A stretch of DNA of 64,000 bases, taken from the NCBI GenBank assembly GCA_050084515.1, contig CM114271.1, forward strand, positions 34,968,001 through 35,032,000, written 5' to 3'. The notes beneath the pieces were generated by a model that worked only from the letters and a program-made list of their open reading frames with translations, had not been told where the DNA came from and ran no database searches. This document shows positions 1 through 12,590 of the stretch, one piece after another. The position numbers and the translations under genes are program-made. This stretch comes from Blasia pusilla (lineage: Eukaryota). Position 1 is the stretch's first letter; each line of letters starts with the position of its first letter.

Positions 1-315
1 GGAGTTCAGAAAAGGCGAAATTCCGGATGATTTCAGGACTTTCTTTCTTGAAGACAGTCTTTAGGGTTCAGTCATACCGTTTGGCACCTGAAGTCCTACT
101 CCTCTCAAACTCGTGCACTCATGAGAAATTCAAGTGTTAGATTGACTACCTGAAGTCCTACTCCACTGCTGGCTCCGACGATCAAAACCTTCACCATCTC
201 GCTCGGCCCCTCTTCGTCTCTGCCACTCAAACCGGGAGCAGCAATGTGAGGAACGTTCGGAATTGTGAAATGTACAACTTGTTCATCACGTCTAGTTGAG
301 CTTTTCCGGTCTCAC

Positions 316-413
316 ATTAAAGAAACTGCGAGTCACTGGTCATGTAGATCAGGAAAGTGTGATCCTATTAAAGAAACTGCGAGCCACTGGTAATGTAGAT
401 CAGGAAAGTGTGA
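316..413. repeat. Tandem duplication, 51-bp period (two ~47-bp copies)
   Basis: ATTAAAGAAACTGCGAGYCACTGGTMATGTAGATCAGGAAAGTGTGA at 316 and 367, with 2 mismatches. Confidence 0.9.
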
Positions 414-2327
414 GAACAGGAGCAGTACTTCGGCCGGACAATTGTAGGACTAGGAAGAATGCACAAAGAGAGACGAGAGGAAATCCACTACGAAATTTCT
501 GCACCAAGCCTTGATAATGGATTTCTGCGTTACAATTGGTAGAGTTGACGATCGGGAAGAGGATGCAGTACCAATTGTAATGCAGAACCGACCGTTTGGG
601 ATACAGGTTCACTCCGTCCGCAACATTCCTGTTTAGCGAGAGAGCTATGGCCGGATCGCGCGGAGCTGGCAGGTAGTAAGTGACAAATGTGCTCTGCTGA
701 CGGTGTTTACTCCTGGCCGCAGCAGAGGTGAGAGATGTCAGGCAAGGGCTGTCCTCGGTTCGAGGAATAGACAGCGTCGTGCGAAGGGGTGACCGTCGTG
801 AATGTGATGCAACTATACCTTGCCACTTTCACAGAATGTGAGCGAGAAATCTTCTCAATTTTTTCAAGGACACTGAAAGTGACCGAGAATCGAACGGGGA
901 TGCATGCTCGTGCCAACAGAAAGCAAAATTACTGTACCGCAGCTTATCTGTTGGATTTCCTCCACCCGATCGAAACGCTTCTCCCTCGAGCTCCTCGAGC
1001 TGCGACAAGCCACACAAGCAGAGAAAGTGAGGGCAATTAGGCTGGAGTACGTCTGGCAAGCAATCCTGCGGATGTCCGATTGACCAGACACGGGAAATCG
1101 AAGGCCGTTGCAGGACATTCACATCTAGCGAAAAGAAAAAAAAAATTCAGGGAAACAAGCGGATTTTCGGGTCTGTTCAACGCACTTCTGCTCCGTCACA
1201 GTGGCCACGTTACAGTCGTGTTGAGGAAACCTCTTCACGTAGGCGTTCTTCAACGCCTCACGTCCAACCAACCCTAGAGATTTCAATTTGGGTAGCGTAA
1301 AGCATTATGAGCTTTCTCCTTTGGGATGGAGTCCACCGAACGTATCTATCGTATGGTCGCCCTGTGAGCAAGCACATGATTTCCGGGCTTGACTCCTTCC
1401 CTCGGAATGCTTTGGATGATGTACGGATGGACTATATCCAGACCTGATGTAAGGCTGTTATTGAGACGTCGATAATGAGGAATCTCATCATGGATTACCG
1501 CAGCGTTAATCTTGGAGCCAAGACTGATGTGAAGAAGTAGCCGCCGATCTTTACTACGTCGAGAGAACCGTATGAGCCAACGACCTGAATGGTTTCAGTC
1601 ACAACCAAAGAAGGTGGGCAGCGACGAGCTAGCACTTGGATGCTGAAGATGTTGAGGGGCTCGTCTGCAGAACCTCCAATCGCGGGTTGTGCAATTGTGA
1701 GCGTTACCCTCCACTTCCAGCATCTGTTTCCTTACTCTTCTTCATCATATTCTTCTTCTTCAAATTTGTATTGCTGTAGTATTGCAGTTGTATCGCTTGT
1801 ATTTCCTGTATTGCTATTGTCTTGCAGTATATTATTCTGAATCTTCGATTCGAGCTTTTCCTGCTTGAGCTACGAGTTCTGTAAGTTTTCAAATAATCGG
1901 GACATGTTTGGCGTCAGCATGCGACGTCATCGGATTTGTAGTTTCGCTTGGGTCCTGAGGAAGATGCAGGCTTTGGATTTGAGATTCGGCTCGGCTCCGC
2001 TACTAGTTCTACCACACGGGGTATGCTACGAACGCCTACTCCTTGCACAAAAGGTTCCCAAGTACGGTGGGAGATTTTGACTCACATGAAAACTACCATT
2101 TGACACGTTCCAGCAATTCGGACGGGCACAGATCCCATGACTCTTCACTTGGGAGGCAAACAAACTCCGTATGATGAGAGGATGGGTTTAGGTTCACTCC
2201 TGCCGGCTCTTCAATAAATGAGGAAATTGAGGCCGTTTTGGCCCCATCCCCGTCCGTTGGAGGGATGGACGGTGGAGAGACGGACGGCGTCGACTTGCAA
2301 CGCCGTCCGGACTGCCTTAGTCGGACG

Positions 2328-2495
2328 CTCTCCGCCATGTCGTCGCCGAGCTTTCTCCGCTTTCGGCTCTCTCTGCTCCGCTCTCGGCTCTCAAGCTCTC
2401 TCCGCTTTTGGCTCTCTCTGCTCCGCTCTACGCTCTCGAGCTCTCTCCGCTTTATGCTCTCAAGCTCTCTCTACTCCTCTCTCTCTCTCCGATCT
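2328..2495 (+). repeat. Degenerate CT-rich minisatellite (GCTCTCTCTGCTCCGCT-like units); related tract at ~3055-3170
   Basis: Repeated CTCTCCGCT / GCTCTCTC units visible directly. Confidence 0.75.
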
Positions 2496-3484
2496 TCGAT
2501 TGCAATCGCATAAGGATCGATCTTCTACCGCTTGTTGTTTGCTATTGTATGCTGCGACTAGTCTAGATCTACGAGGTATGACGATGTGTCTCTTGTTAAA
2601 AGAGAATTTACAGTAGTCCTTACTGGAAGTCTTGACTATTTAATTGCACACTGTTGCGCGATACTTTGCGGAAAGTTCATTGTTGTCAGCGAACCTTCGT
2701 GGGATTCCTTCATTTTGGTGCCGAATTCTTTGCGTCTTACTTGAGACGGTGCGAAACTGCGTCAATTCATTGCAAGTCTAAGCTAAGTCGAGTATGCATG
2801 ATCGACATACATGTGACTCGAGCACTACTTTCGTTAACAATATTATGCGTCTGAGGGCTCCGATCGCGGCGAGCAATAGGACAATCGGTTGTGCAAGAAA
2901 TCTAGCACTTACGGAGTCGGTCTTTTCATTTTAAGTGGTATCTAGTGGGTCAAGGCTCGAAAATGATGGTTATAGCAACTTCCATGAGTCTCTATTTGGC
3001 ATCTGTCATAGTTAACATTGACGTGCTCACAGATGCATCTGGATATATTTATTGATCTCCGCTCTCTTGTTTGCTCTCTCTGCTCCGCTCTCTCTGCCCC
3101 GCTCTCTCATTCGGTCTGTTCGATCTGAGAACTCCGTTCTACTGTTCTGCTCCGCTCTCTCGTTCGATCTATTCGAACACTTCAATTCGATCTTATGTGT
3201 TCGATCTGTTCGAGGTTTGAGAACTCCGTGGTCGCGGGTTGGGGTTTTGCAGTGGGTTCAAGAATGGTGGGGTTTCTTGGGGAGCAGCTGGTGCTTGCTT
3301 CTCGCCTTTGATTTCGAGACAATGGGTTTTTGAAGGATTTTGGGTTTTGGGTTTGGGAGAAATTGGGTTTTGGCGATTGAGAATACAGGTTAACTTCTTT
3401 ACTCGCTTGGATGTATGGGACCATACCACTACTAGTTCTCTTGCCGTTGGACATTTTGGTCTTAGTCTGGTCATTGTCTCCAGC

Positions 3485-3792
3485 ATGTTTTTGTCACTTC
3501 GGTTCTCCGATCGTCGCATAGCTTTACTGCCTTGAGTAGCCCTAATTTAGGCGTAAAGTTGGGTTCCAATAATTTAACCAAAATCTTAACCGGCAGGGCA
3601 ACATATTTACTCAAACACAGTGATAAGAAGCCCACATTATTGCTATCTGTGGGCTTATTATCAGAGATGGCGATATTGTGGTCATCTGATAAGTTATCGT
3701 TGTTCGGCAGGAGTGAGTATGATAGGGAAGTCCACGCCTTTTCACCATAAGGACGACTGTTTCAAGTCGAGTATGTTATCGAAACTATTAAG
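3485..3792 (+). pseudogene. Captured fragment of a 20S proteasome alpha5 subunit gene (degenerate exon 1, intron, exon 2)
   Basis: Exon 3711-3792 is bounded by AG/GT and reads (R)[26 protein letters not shown], matching the alpha5 signature [27 protein letters not shown] with an in-frame TAA. ATGTTTTTGTCACTTCG|GT at 3485 resembles the MFLTR first exon. No further proteasome exons were recognised. Confidence 0.85.
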
Positions 3793-4341
3793 GTACTGAT
3801 TAAATCTGTCAAGAAGCTCTGTTAGACTCTCAAACTATTATTTTGGTCATTTTCCGGACTTGTTGTTGGACATCTCTCCACTCCTAAGTTTGGTTCTAGG
3901 AGGATCAGTCTATCCATATATATCCGAAATTTTTGAATTTTATTCTGGACTCTATTTGAAGCTAGACTTTCTGATGCTTGCATCCTTATTGCTGGTTTAT
4001 CTCGAACTTCTTCTTTCATCATCAAATTAGGACTGTTGGGACTTACGAGGTTTTTCTATGAATAGGGTTTACTTTTCTTTGAGATCAATTTGTGCATCAA
4101 TCGTTACTCATGTTAATGTTTGTGCTCCTTTGTGGATTGTGGAAACAAGCTGCTAGCTAGCAATTCGGACCATCTTGGATTAGGATAAATCATATTTAAC
4201 TTGTCGCAGCTCATGCACAGGAAGGATGGGCCTTCTCTAGTGTACAAGAATGCCAGATTGTTGTTTGTGAGTTGTGTAGGTTACTTGTAAGTCGGAAACA
4301 TCAACTCTGGATTTAATGTTGCATTCTCACCCAAGGCCCGG

Positions 4342-7322
4342 TTGGTGGGGGACCATGTATGGTTAGATTCTTGTTACCAGAAGAAGGGATTGACACAATT
4401 TCTACTGGTGGAAAACCAGGGAGGTAAGATGAATGTTGTCCGAATTAAAGACATCAAACATTTGATGGGGGCATCCAAACAGAACATGCTTGCCAAGATT
4501 GTTTGTACAATCCGGTTAAATAGGAGAGTGTCCACCTGTGAGGAGAAGGAACCTGTTCCTTGGGTTATCAGAGTTACTCCTAAAAGTATCTACCTTATCG
4601 ACCAGACTGATGTGGATGACAAAGCATATTTCAGATTTTTCCGAAGTATTGAGTTCCATGGCCCTTCTGAATTTAGCCCGGGGTATTTCTCGGTACCTTG
4701 CTTCCTTCTGGATTTATTTGTCAAATGGAGTTTAAGATTATTACCTTTGCAGTATTTACATGGTACACCAAAATTCCTCACGCATGTATCTTATTGCCCA
4801 TTGCCACGGCTGACCAATTCGAGTCTTTGTCTTCGTCTTGTGTGTAGGTAGTGGAGGCTCCTCTAGACCTTGACCACCTGTGCCATGTTATACTTAGGGT
4901 AGAAGTAAGTTTTCTTATGTTTATGGCCTCGGCACCAATACATAATTCGGATACCGGGTGAGAATACTAAAGCCAAAATCATGAATTCTCTTCAAATGGA
5001 ATTGGGAGAGATGTATCCTACAAATTTTGGTAAGAGTAAGGGGTATGGATGTGGCAGGAATTCAGTAGCTAGATTAGTTTAGATCTTTAGAAGTATGTTC
5101 TTACATTCCAGCCTTGCATTGCAATCGTTGTGGGACATGTGAAGCTTTTGGTTCATTTGGGTTTAGTAATACTCTGAGCAGCACATGTATGCTTGTATAT
5201 GTTGATGCGTAGGCGCATGAGTGTGAACTCGTTGTGGATACACGCTAGGTTGAAGCCCAACCAGCAAACATGTTTACTGCATTTTTGGGCAAGAGTGTAA
5301 GTTCTCCAGACAAACCAGCCTTTACAAATCTCTCTTTGGCGGGACCCGATGGAGTGGGTTCATTATTGCTACTCAAAGGAGCATAAGAAATTTGTGTGCC
5401 TATGCTCCAAGTGCATTGAGTACTTTCGCGGGTCAAGAACTTTTAACTCACACATTGCATCACATTGGTTGAGGTCGGTGCCTGGAACACCAAGGGCGAG
5501 TGGTAAGAAAAAGATGGAAGCAAACAATGACCGAGTTGACATAGAGGATGAAGATGATGGAAAGGGTGATGGAATTGAACTTTCATATGCAACAGTTGAG
5601 ATGGTAGCAATGAATGGTGCTCCGATTTCAAGATAGCCTTCCTTCATTGATTTATGTTCCGCTTATGGAGGGAACTAGGCTATCCCATCTGCAGCCAACT
5701 TACATCTGCGAGGCACCGTATGTTGCTTGGTTTCGGCTCCAGCATTCCATCGGTATGGTTCTTGTCTATCCATGATCCATATCGCAGTTAAATGGTGGAA
5801 AAGCAACTAGGCATCTCCAATACGTGGATCGCTGAGTTCTATTTACAGGGATAGTGAAAGAGAGAAGCTTGCGGTCTGATTCAATCCATCCTCTCACAGT
5901 GATGGTAGGGCATGCAAGTGCACCCTCTAGTTTTATCGGACATTCTCATGTTCATCTATCGTAGCCAAACCTGCTCAAGAAGTATGATTGTGTTCTTTTG
6001 TCCTATAACCCTCAAAAGCAATCAACACATGTGGCAAAATGGGCATAAGGACAAACGAGCCCGTCGCCCGTTTGGAATGCTTCTTGACTTTATTCAAAGA
6101 GCGGCCTTCTTCTGTTTTTTGTAATTAGCCCAACGTTGCGAGGCACCGTGCCAGATCTGTTGATTGCCTTTGAGGACTAAAGGACAGAGGAACACAATCA
6201 TATCTCTTGGGCAGGTTTGGCTAGGGTAGATGAGTGAGAAAAGGTCCGAGAGGACCTAGAAGGTGCCCTACCATCATTGTGAGAGGATTTATTGAATCAG
6301 GCCGCAAGTTTCTCCCTTCCACTATTCCTATAGATAGAACTCAGCAGTCCACGTATTGGAGATGCCTAGTTGCTTTCCATCATCTAGTTGCGATATGGAT
6401 CATGGATAGATAGTAACCATACTGTCGGGATGTTGGAGCCGAAACCAAACAGCATCAGGTTGAACATACTGAGCATGTTCTAGACGAAATGCGCCGAGCA
6501 CAAAAGCATGCATGATATATAAGCGAGGAGTACTACCTCCCACGCTTTAAGTTCAACTACAAGATTTGGAAAGATAAGAATAAACCTAGCATTCTTGCCA
6601 AGTTCAGGGATAAAGTCTCTCGAATGTATGTGCACGAAGTTGGCTACTCCCTTGCTGATGCGGTTGTCCGGGTATAGTGCTGCTTCATTTCATGCAAATT
6701 TCTCAATAGGAATTGTTGTGAGTTAATGATTTCCCGTCGTACCCCTCTAAATCCGCATTGTCTTTAATAAGTTCTAGATGTGCAAGGTGGCCTGGATGTG
6801 GAAATCATAGATTCTAGTGACTCTTACGGTAGTGATACACATCTCTCAAGTCCCCATCCCACCACGCATAGGACTGGACGTCATGTGATACAAGAGGACC
6901 AGGCACGAACTGAGGGTGGTGAGGAGGGTAATGCGGGAGTTTATGTCGAGGAAAGTGAGGAGGATACTATTCTGATTCAAAGGCGGAGGAGACCAACAAC
7001 GCTTCGGACACGTCATGTGCGTGGTGAAAAGGTGCAGAAGCGATGGAAGGATGCGGCAAGATCTCGAAAAATCCCACCGACTCAACCTGCAGTTGACGTG
7101 GGTGATTCTAGCGCGGTTATGGAGAGTCATGGGCCAGGTGATGATGGCCCAATTGAAGACTCGCATACCCTTGATAAAATGGTCTCGCAGGAGGATCCAC
7201 AAATTATGGAGACTGCACCCAAGGGCATGACTAGAGAAGAAAAAGTCCGAAGGAGGAGGATGATGATGGCTTCACAACATGTGTCTTGCATTAAGCTCAA
7301 TTCTGTCGATGATATTTTTTGA
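4342..7322 (+). pseudogene. Degenerate multi-exon accessory gene of the MULE with a C2H2 zinc finger and acidic tracts
   Basis: ORFs at 4342-4851, 5349-5636 (CSKCIEYFRGSRTFNSHIASH = C-x2-C-x3-F-x5-F-x2-H-x3-H) and 6780-7322. The 5349 frame continues through TAG stops to 5719 and resumes at 6149. Membership of the outer ORFs in the same gene is inferred. Confidence 0.55.
5720..6455. repeat. Long inverted repeat (arms 5720-6036 and 6149-6455, ~112-bp loop)
   Basis: Arms align end to end as reverse complements at roughly 80% identity by eye. Each arm is preceded by the same 13-mer, TGCGAGGCACCGT. Confidence 0.95.
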
Positions 7323-8835
7323 TTGTATGTCTTTGGACCATTTCCAGCAATTGCCCTTGTGTTGATATGTTGTAATGTGTTCTGAATCCTGCAGTTGGGA
7401 ATCTCAAGGATCGAGGCAAGGACCAAGAAGACCCTTTGGTCTTACTTTCATGGGAGGATATTGAAGGGTTTAGTGCCGACGAATTCCAGGCCACACCTTT
7501 ATCCGAGTTCTGCACTCCAGCATTGCGGCCTCTTGATGGCATGTCTCAAAGTCCTTGACCACCACATGGGATGACTTTTTTGTGAGTGTGTAGATGTATC
7601 ATGTGGTTTCCAAGTTGCCTTCTCCTTTGATTTGGTGAATGGCATCTAGTATCTTTTTGCATCAATGTTCTTGCATCTTGGCGGATGCTCATATCATCAT
7701 TTTGCAGATGTTTAGGACTTAGTTCATGACCAGGGCGCATCTTTAGAGTAAGTATAGGAGAGTACCTACCAGGAACATAGGCTTTGAACTTCCCTCATTG
7801 TGCTTTGGACTTCTCGTTAAACGGGCAAATTTCTATTCTTCATGTCTTCACTGATGGTTCTTATTTTTTGTGCAGGTGCAATGCTAAACGTTTAGTGTCA
7901 AGCTTCTCGCCCATATTTTCCCTTACCATGTTGTGTGTTATGAAGGTCTATCCAACAAGGTTAGGTTACCTTAGTTGGGCTATAGGTCATGGTCTTCTGA
8001 ACTATTCTGGAGGAAATGGTATGGACCAAAAAGATATCATTGTCAATAAAATTCAACACACAACTCGTCAGTGGATTTTTGTTCTTTGTCCCTAAGATTG
8101 TACTCTTGGATCATTTCGCAAAAAATTCCTCCTTACCTTATTCTGATGTGTCTTAGATGTTATGAATAATTACATGTGCTTCCACCTGTATTTGTTGGTA
8201 AACTTTGTAATCCATAATGAATTGATGTATGAAAACCAAGCTTGTCAATTCCAAAATTTTCAAGAAAGTAAATAACTCATGTGAAATCAACTCATAAACA
8301 CATGGAGTACATGACACCCTGGTCAAAATATAAGACAATTGTTCAAAATACTCAGAGCAAATACAAGTTTAGGGAACAAAATTGCAGTGGCAAGAAAAAT
8401 GTATGAAGAGCGAAATGGAGGTGTTTATTCATGAACACCTCAAAGTCTGTGTTTCAAAGTCATTCGTCTCATACGTTGGACTTTCAATTCTAGCCTTCTT
8501 GTTGTCTATCCCCCTCTGAAACAATTCTAAAGCCACTGTGACAATTCCGGTTAGACACGATTTTAATCATGCCCTAATTAGGGGAAGCTCACCTCGCACC
8601 GCTAAATGTTTACGAAGAGGCACGACCCTCAAGGGTAGGGTTTGTGGGCCTTCTGAGGTGTTTTTTTTTTAGTTACGACTATGGAGGTAGTCATAACTAG
8701 AATTACAGAAGTTCCCTAAAGTTGACACAAATGCGTGGCGATGCCGACTTCATGTCCCTAAACGTGAAGCTCACGGTGTTGCGATACCTCCCGTGGTTCG
8801 AGTACAAACATACTATCTAAGCAAATAGTACAGAG

Positions 8836-9000
8836 TTACTATGGTTTAGTTCCATAGTAAACTGACTGTGATTACTAAGGTTTGGATACTTCAATATTAA
8901 CCGAACTATGGTAACTATGGTTCAGATACAACTATACAATACCGTGAAGACAGGGTTCCTATGGTTCACAACTTAACCTACACGATGGTTACTATGGTTT
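8836..9000 (+). repeat. Cluster of ~8 ACTATGGT(T)-like motifs
   Basis: Copies at ~8838, 8851 (inverted), 8873, 8905, 8914, 8958, 8982 and 8991. Confidence 0.75.
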
Positions 9001-9449
9001 GGATGCTTGCGTACTATCACATGATTGCTCACCGTACTCAATTTCAGTGAACATGAGACATGATCTTCTGAACATATTACTCGTGCGTAAACATCAGGGT
9101 CTTATATAAGGGCTACATTTTTTTTCTATGAACATCATATTTCTTGTGTTCCGTGGCTAATATGTGAAATTCAAAAATACTTCATCAATCTTGAATCTGT
9201 GAGTCCTGGACTACATACAAATTATCGGCTCTTCTTACGCATTTATATATTTGGCTTCTGTGTGCAACATATCGCTCTTCATCCAACATACTATCAAGTA
9301 AGACATCTACAGTGGTTCTCTTAGTAGTAGTGCTGATTTTGTAGTTATTATTTGGCCTTCTATCTACCAGTGGCCATTCTGACTATTGAGTATTCTGGTT
9401 AGTTGCCTCGCTTTCATATTGGCTCACAATAGCATCCAAATCGAGATGA

Positions 9450-12400
9450 ATACATGCATCAGCTTCCAATTTCGCCTCCACATTCAGATATTTTGATCGT
9501 TTCGCTCACGGAAAGGACTCCACCTGGTTCATTATTGTTTGAGGTTGATTCCTCCCTTTGGAATGTGATCTCCTTCTTTGATGCAGCCGCTCTATCCAAT
9601 CCATCTGCCAACGCAGCCAACGATCATGAGACTTGCCTCCAACAAAGTGTTCGGGGAAGTGTTGTCCAATGTTAATTAATTTTTTTGGAAGTTCCATGTT
9701 CGTCTCTATCCGCCCTTCAGGTTCAAAAGTGAGTCCATATCCTTGTGCAAAAGTACATACAAATGTTCAAGAAGAACATTGCAGAATGGGACTCCAATGG
9801 TTGTGGCCAAGCATTTTTCCACCATCTCTCGAACATCTTTTGGAGTTTTTGCTTGTAATACAATTGTAGGTGTAGTAGCCTGCACCTCTTCTGGATAACC
9901 AACATCGTCAAAAATTTCTGATTCGACTTGTGTGCCTCCATGTTGCTCGTGTGCATGCCTTTGCACCATGTTTTCCAACCCACCGGCTTTGCTACCAAAA
10001 CGTGTGCCAAGGAAAGACAACAACTCTACTTCGGAGTGCCCACTCAACAATAAGCACTTCACCTGATACAATATAAAAAGTCTCAGTATGTTGCATGTAA
10101 AATTCTCGTACATCTAGTGCAGAAATAAGACATACTATCTGATTTCAGCTGGGACTATAACTTAATCACCAAATCCGGGGTGAACAAACACACCTGATGC
10201 TCACACGTGAACCCTTCATTGGCAGAGGGCATATACAAGCAACATCTTTCTTGTCATAGTCAACCACATCATGCCAATAGTCTGGCTTGGAGCAACTCTT
10301 CACCATTGCGCATTTCCTCCCATCTACCAATTGAAATGTGACATTGTTGTTTGGGATATCATTTGCCCTTCTTATAGCCATGAGCATGACTTTCTGGATT
10401 TCCTTGTTCCTCACCATACCCTCTCGTTTCAAAAATCCCAAGTACCAAAAGAAATCTTCTATTTCCCCGCATAAGATCTGCACAAGCCATATGAGCTCCC
10501 TGGTGGGTTTTGTAGGCATGCTAGAAGTGAGATGCATTTTCAGAGTGTGGTGCCACCTTTCTGTCGCAACATTCGTATCTTGGTTGGATCTTGCATGCTT
10601 ACGATAGCCCTTTGCCCAAGTAACAATCTTAGGATGCCAATAGTTTAGAAAGTACTTCACAAAGTGGCGTTCAGTTGCAGTCCACTTACGCATGAAACGA
10701 TATGAGACGTCCACATGATCTAGGAGAGAAAACCATTGCTTAATTAATATGTGGCCTACTCCCACACACATAGGACAAGGGACATAGCTGAGAAGCAATG
10801 AAACAAACTACTATTACTGACGAACAGAAAACATACCTTCTTCACGAGAGTACATGACACCACCCAAGTCTTTGTTCATGTCAGCTTTTGTAATTGGACA
10901 GCGGACCCGTTGGTGCAAATGTTTTAACCAATTCTTCCTTACATGCCATAAACACATGTCTATAGGAACATCAGGGAAGACTTCTCTTATTGCAGATTGT
11001 TCCTCTTTGGAGTCGTCAACTATGAAGCATGATGGTTTCCAACCGGGGCTATCAAGCGACGCAAGATCTCTTGTCATAAATGTATATGCCCACTCCTTGA
11101 TATGGGCCAATGCATCCACTAGATCCTAGTGTTGATGCCTGTGTAAAATGGCCCATACTAGAGGTAATCCATTTTGAAACTTGTCAAAACCCTGCAACGT
11201 GAATAGCTGATATTGTGAACATAAAAAAGAATATGTTCAGGATTCCGATTATTCATGTACATAGCTATTAAAGTGAACACAACATTCCAAATGTTCATAT
11301 TTCTACCAGATCGTGGAGCAACCGTTAGATGACACCACAAAACTTATTTAGCCTAGAGACTTCTCTAAGAGAATGACATTATGGTCGTAAGGCCCTAAAA
11401 TTACCTCAAATGTGTTTGTGCCATGAGTGGCATTCATGGAGATGGCTCCACCGTTACCAAGATGCAAAAGATTTTGAAGCATCCAAGGTGTAGAAATGAC
11501 AAGGCTGAAAGGTTGGCCTAAACTAGAAATGGCCTCCCTATAGTGTATGACATTTTCAAGATGAGCTGCAACCCAATGTTGGATTGTAGTGGCATCATCA
11601 ATTCCATCATACCCCCTTCACGTCTTCGCTTTGAATGTTTGATATTAAGGATATCTTGTGGTTTTAACATAGCATCCCTGCCCCAAGCTTGTTCCTGATT
11701 AGGAATATTGCGAATGTGTTTACGGATCCATCTCTATGCTCCTTCATGATATTTAAGGGGCTCACGTTCACTCGCAATAACCGTTCAACAAAATCCCTAC
11801 AATGAGAACTCAACTTCGGGGCAACAATTGCATTTGCAATGTCAGCAGTCGTGTCTAAGTCCCCATGGCATATACAACCTGCTTTATCGACATGCTTGGA
11901 ATGCATATGCCTCAACATAGAACACCCAGGGCGGTCGACCTTTGAGGTTACAACGGCAAAGTGAAATTGGCATCCACGTCCCTGAGATAGCCAAGCCATG
12001 TACTTTGGCTTTGTGGCCTACTACCCTTGCCTCCTTTGCAACGCCGGTTGGAATCAAATACCTCACGGTTGGAATCAAATACCTCATCTTGGCATATGAA
12101 AAGAGGTAACATGTATGTTCCCTGATTTGTTGATATTCCTTTTCCTATGATCTTGGGGTCTTCAACCCCATATGAACAAGAAAGGACCAAGGTATTTCTA
12201 TGAGTCCATTGTAACATGTATGTTCCCTGATTTGTTGATATTCCTTTTCCTAAATGTGGTGTGGAAATGTGGTCTTTGTTCTTCACCATGAACGAAGTCT
12301 TCAACCCTATCTGAAGGAATCCATGTCTCTTTTCTATTACCATACCAAATCAAGTGTTTGCTCAAGAAAGGACCAAGGAGAGGGTTTCGGATAACATCGC

Positions 12401-12590
12401 ATTCAAATGCACCATAATATTTGGTGAATTTCACCATGGATACAAGCTGCTCAGGGATGAGGAACACAGAAAGAGGATGGACGATTGCATCTCCAATTCA
12501 AGTGGAGGCTTCAAGTGTGAATTCTTTACATTCCACCTGGGCAAAACCAGACAATACATAAACGGAACACCAAAATTAAAGTGCACATAA
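9450..12590 (-). pseudogene. MULE (MuDR-type) DDE transposase with SWIM finger, disrupted by stops and frameshifts
   Basis: Motifs in order: SQGRGCQFHF...HVDKAGCICHG (WRKY/GCM1-like), GAISMNATHGTNTFE (first catalytic D motif), PSCFIVDDSKEEQSAIREVFPDVPIDMCLWHVRKNW (second D and CxxH), DTNVATERWHHTLK (E), and CICP (SWIM start, frameshifted). Confidence 0.9.

Noticed and set aside
2218-2616. ORFs of 132 and 91 aa
   Set aside because: Products of the CT-rich minisatellite. Low complexity, no domain.
5720-6455. MITE/foldback element or conserved miRNA precursor
   Set aside because: The arms derive from the surrounding reading frame rather than from TE termini, and no conserved plant miRNA sequence was recognised.
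8836-9000. CRISPR-like repeat-spacer array
   Set aside because: 9-bp motifs with irregular short spacers in a eukaryotic context, with no cas genes.
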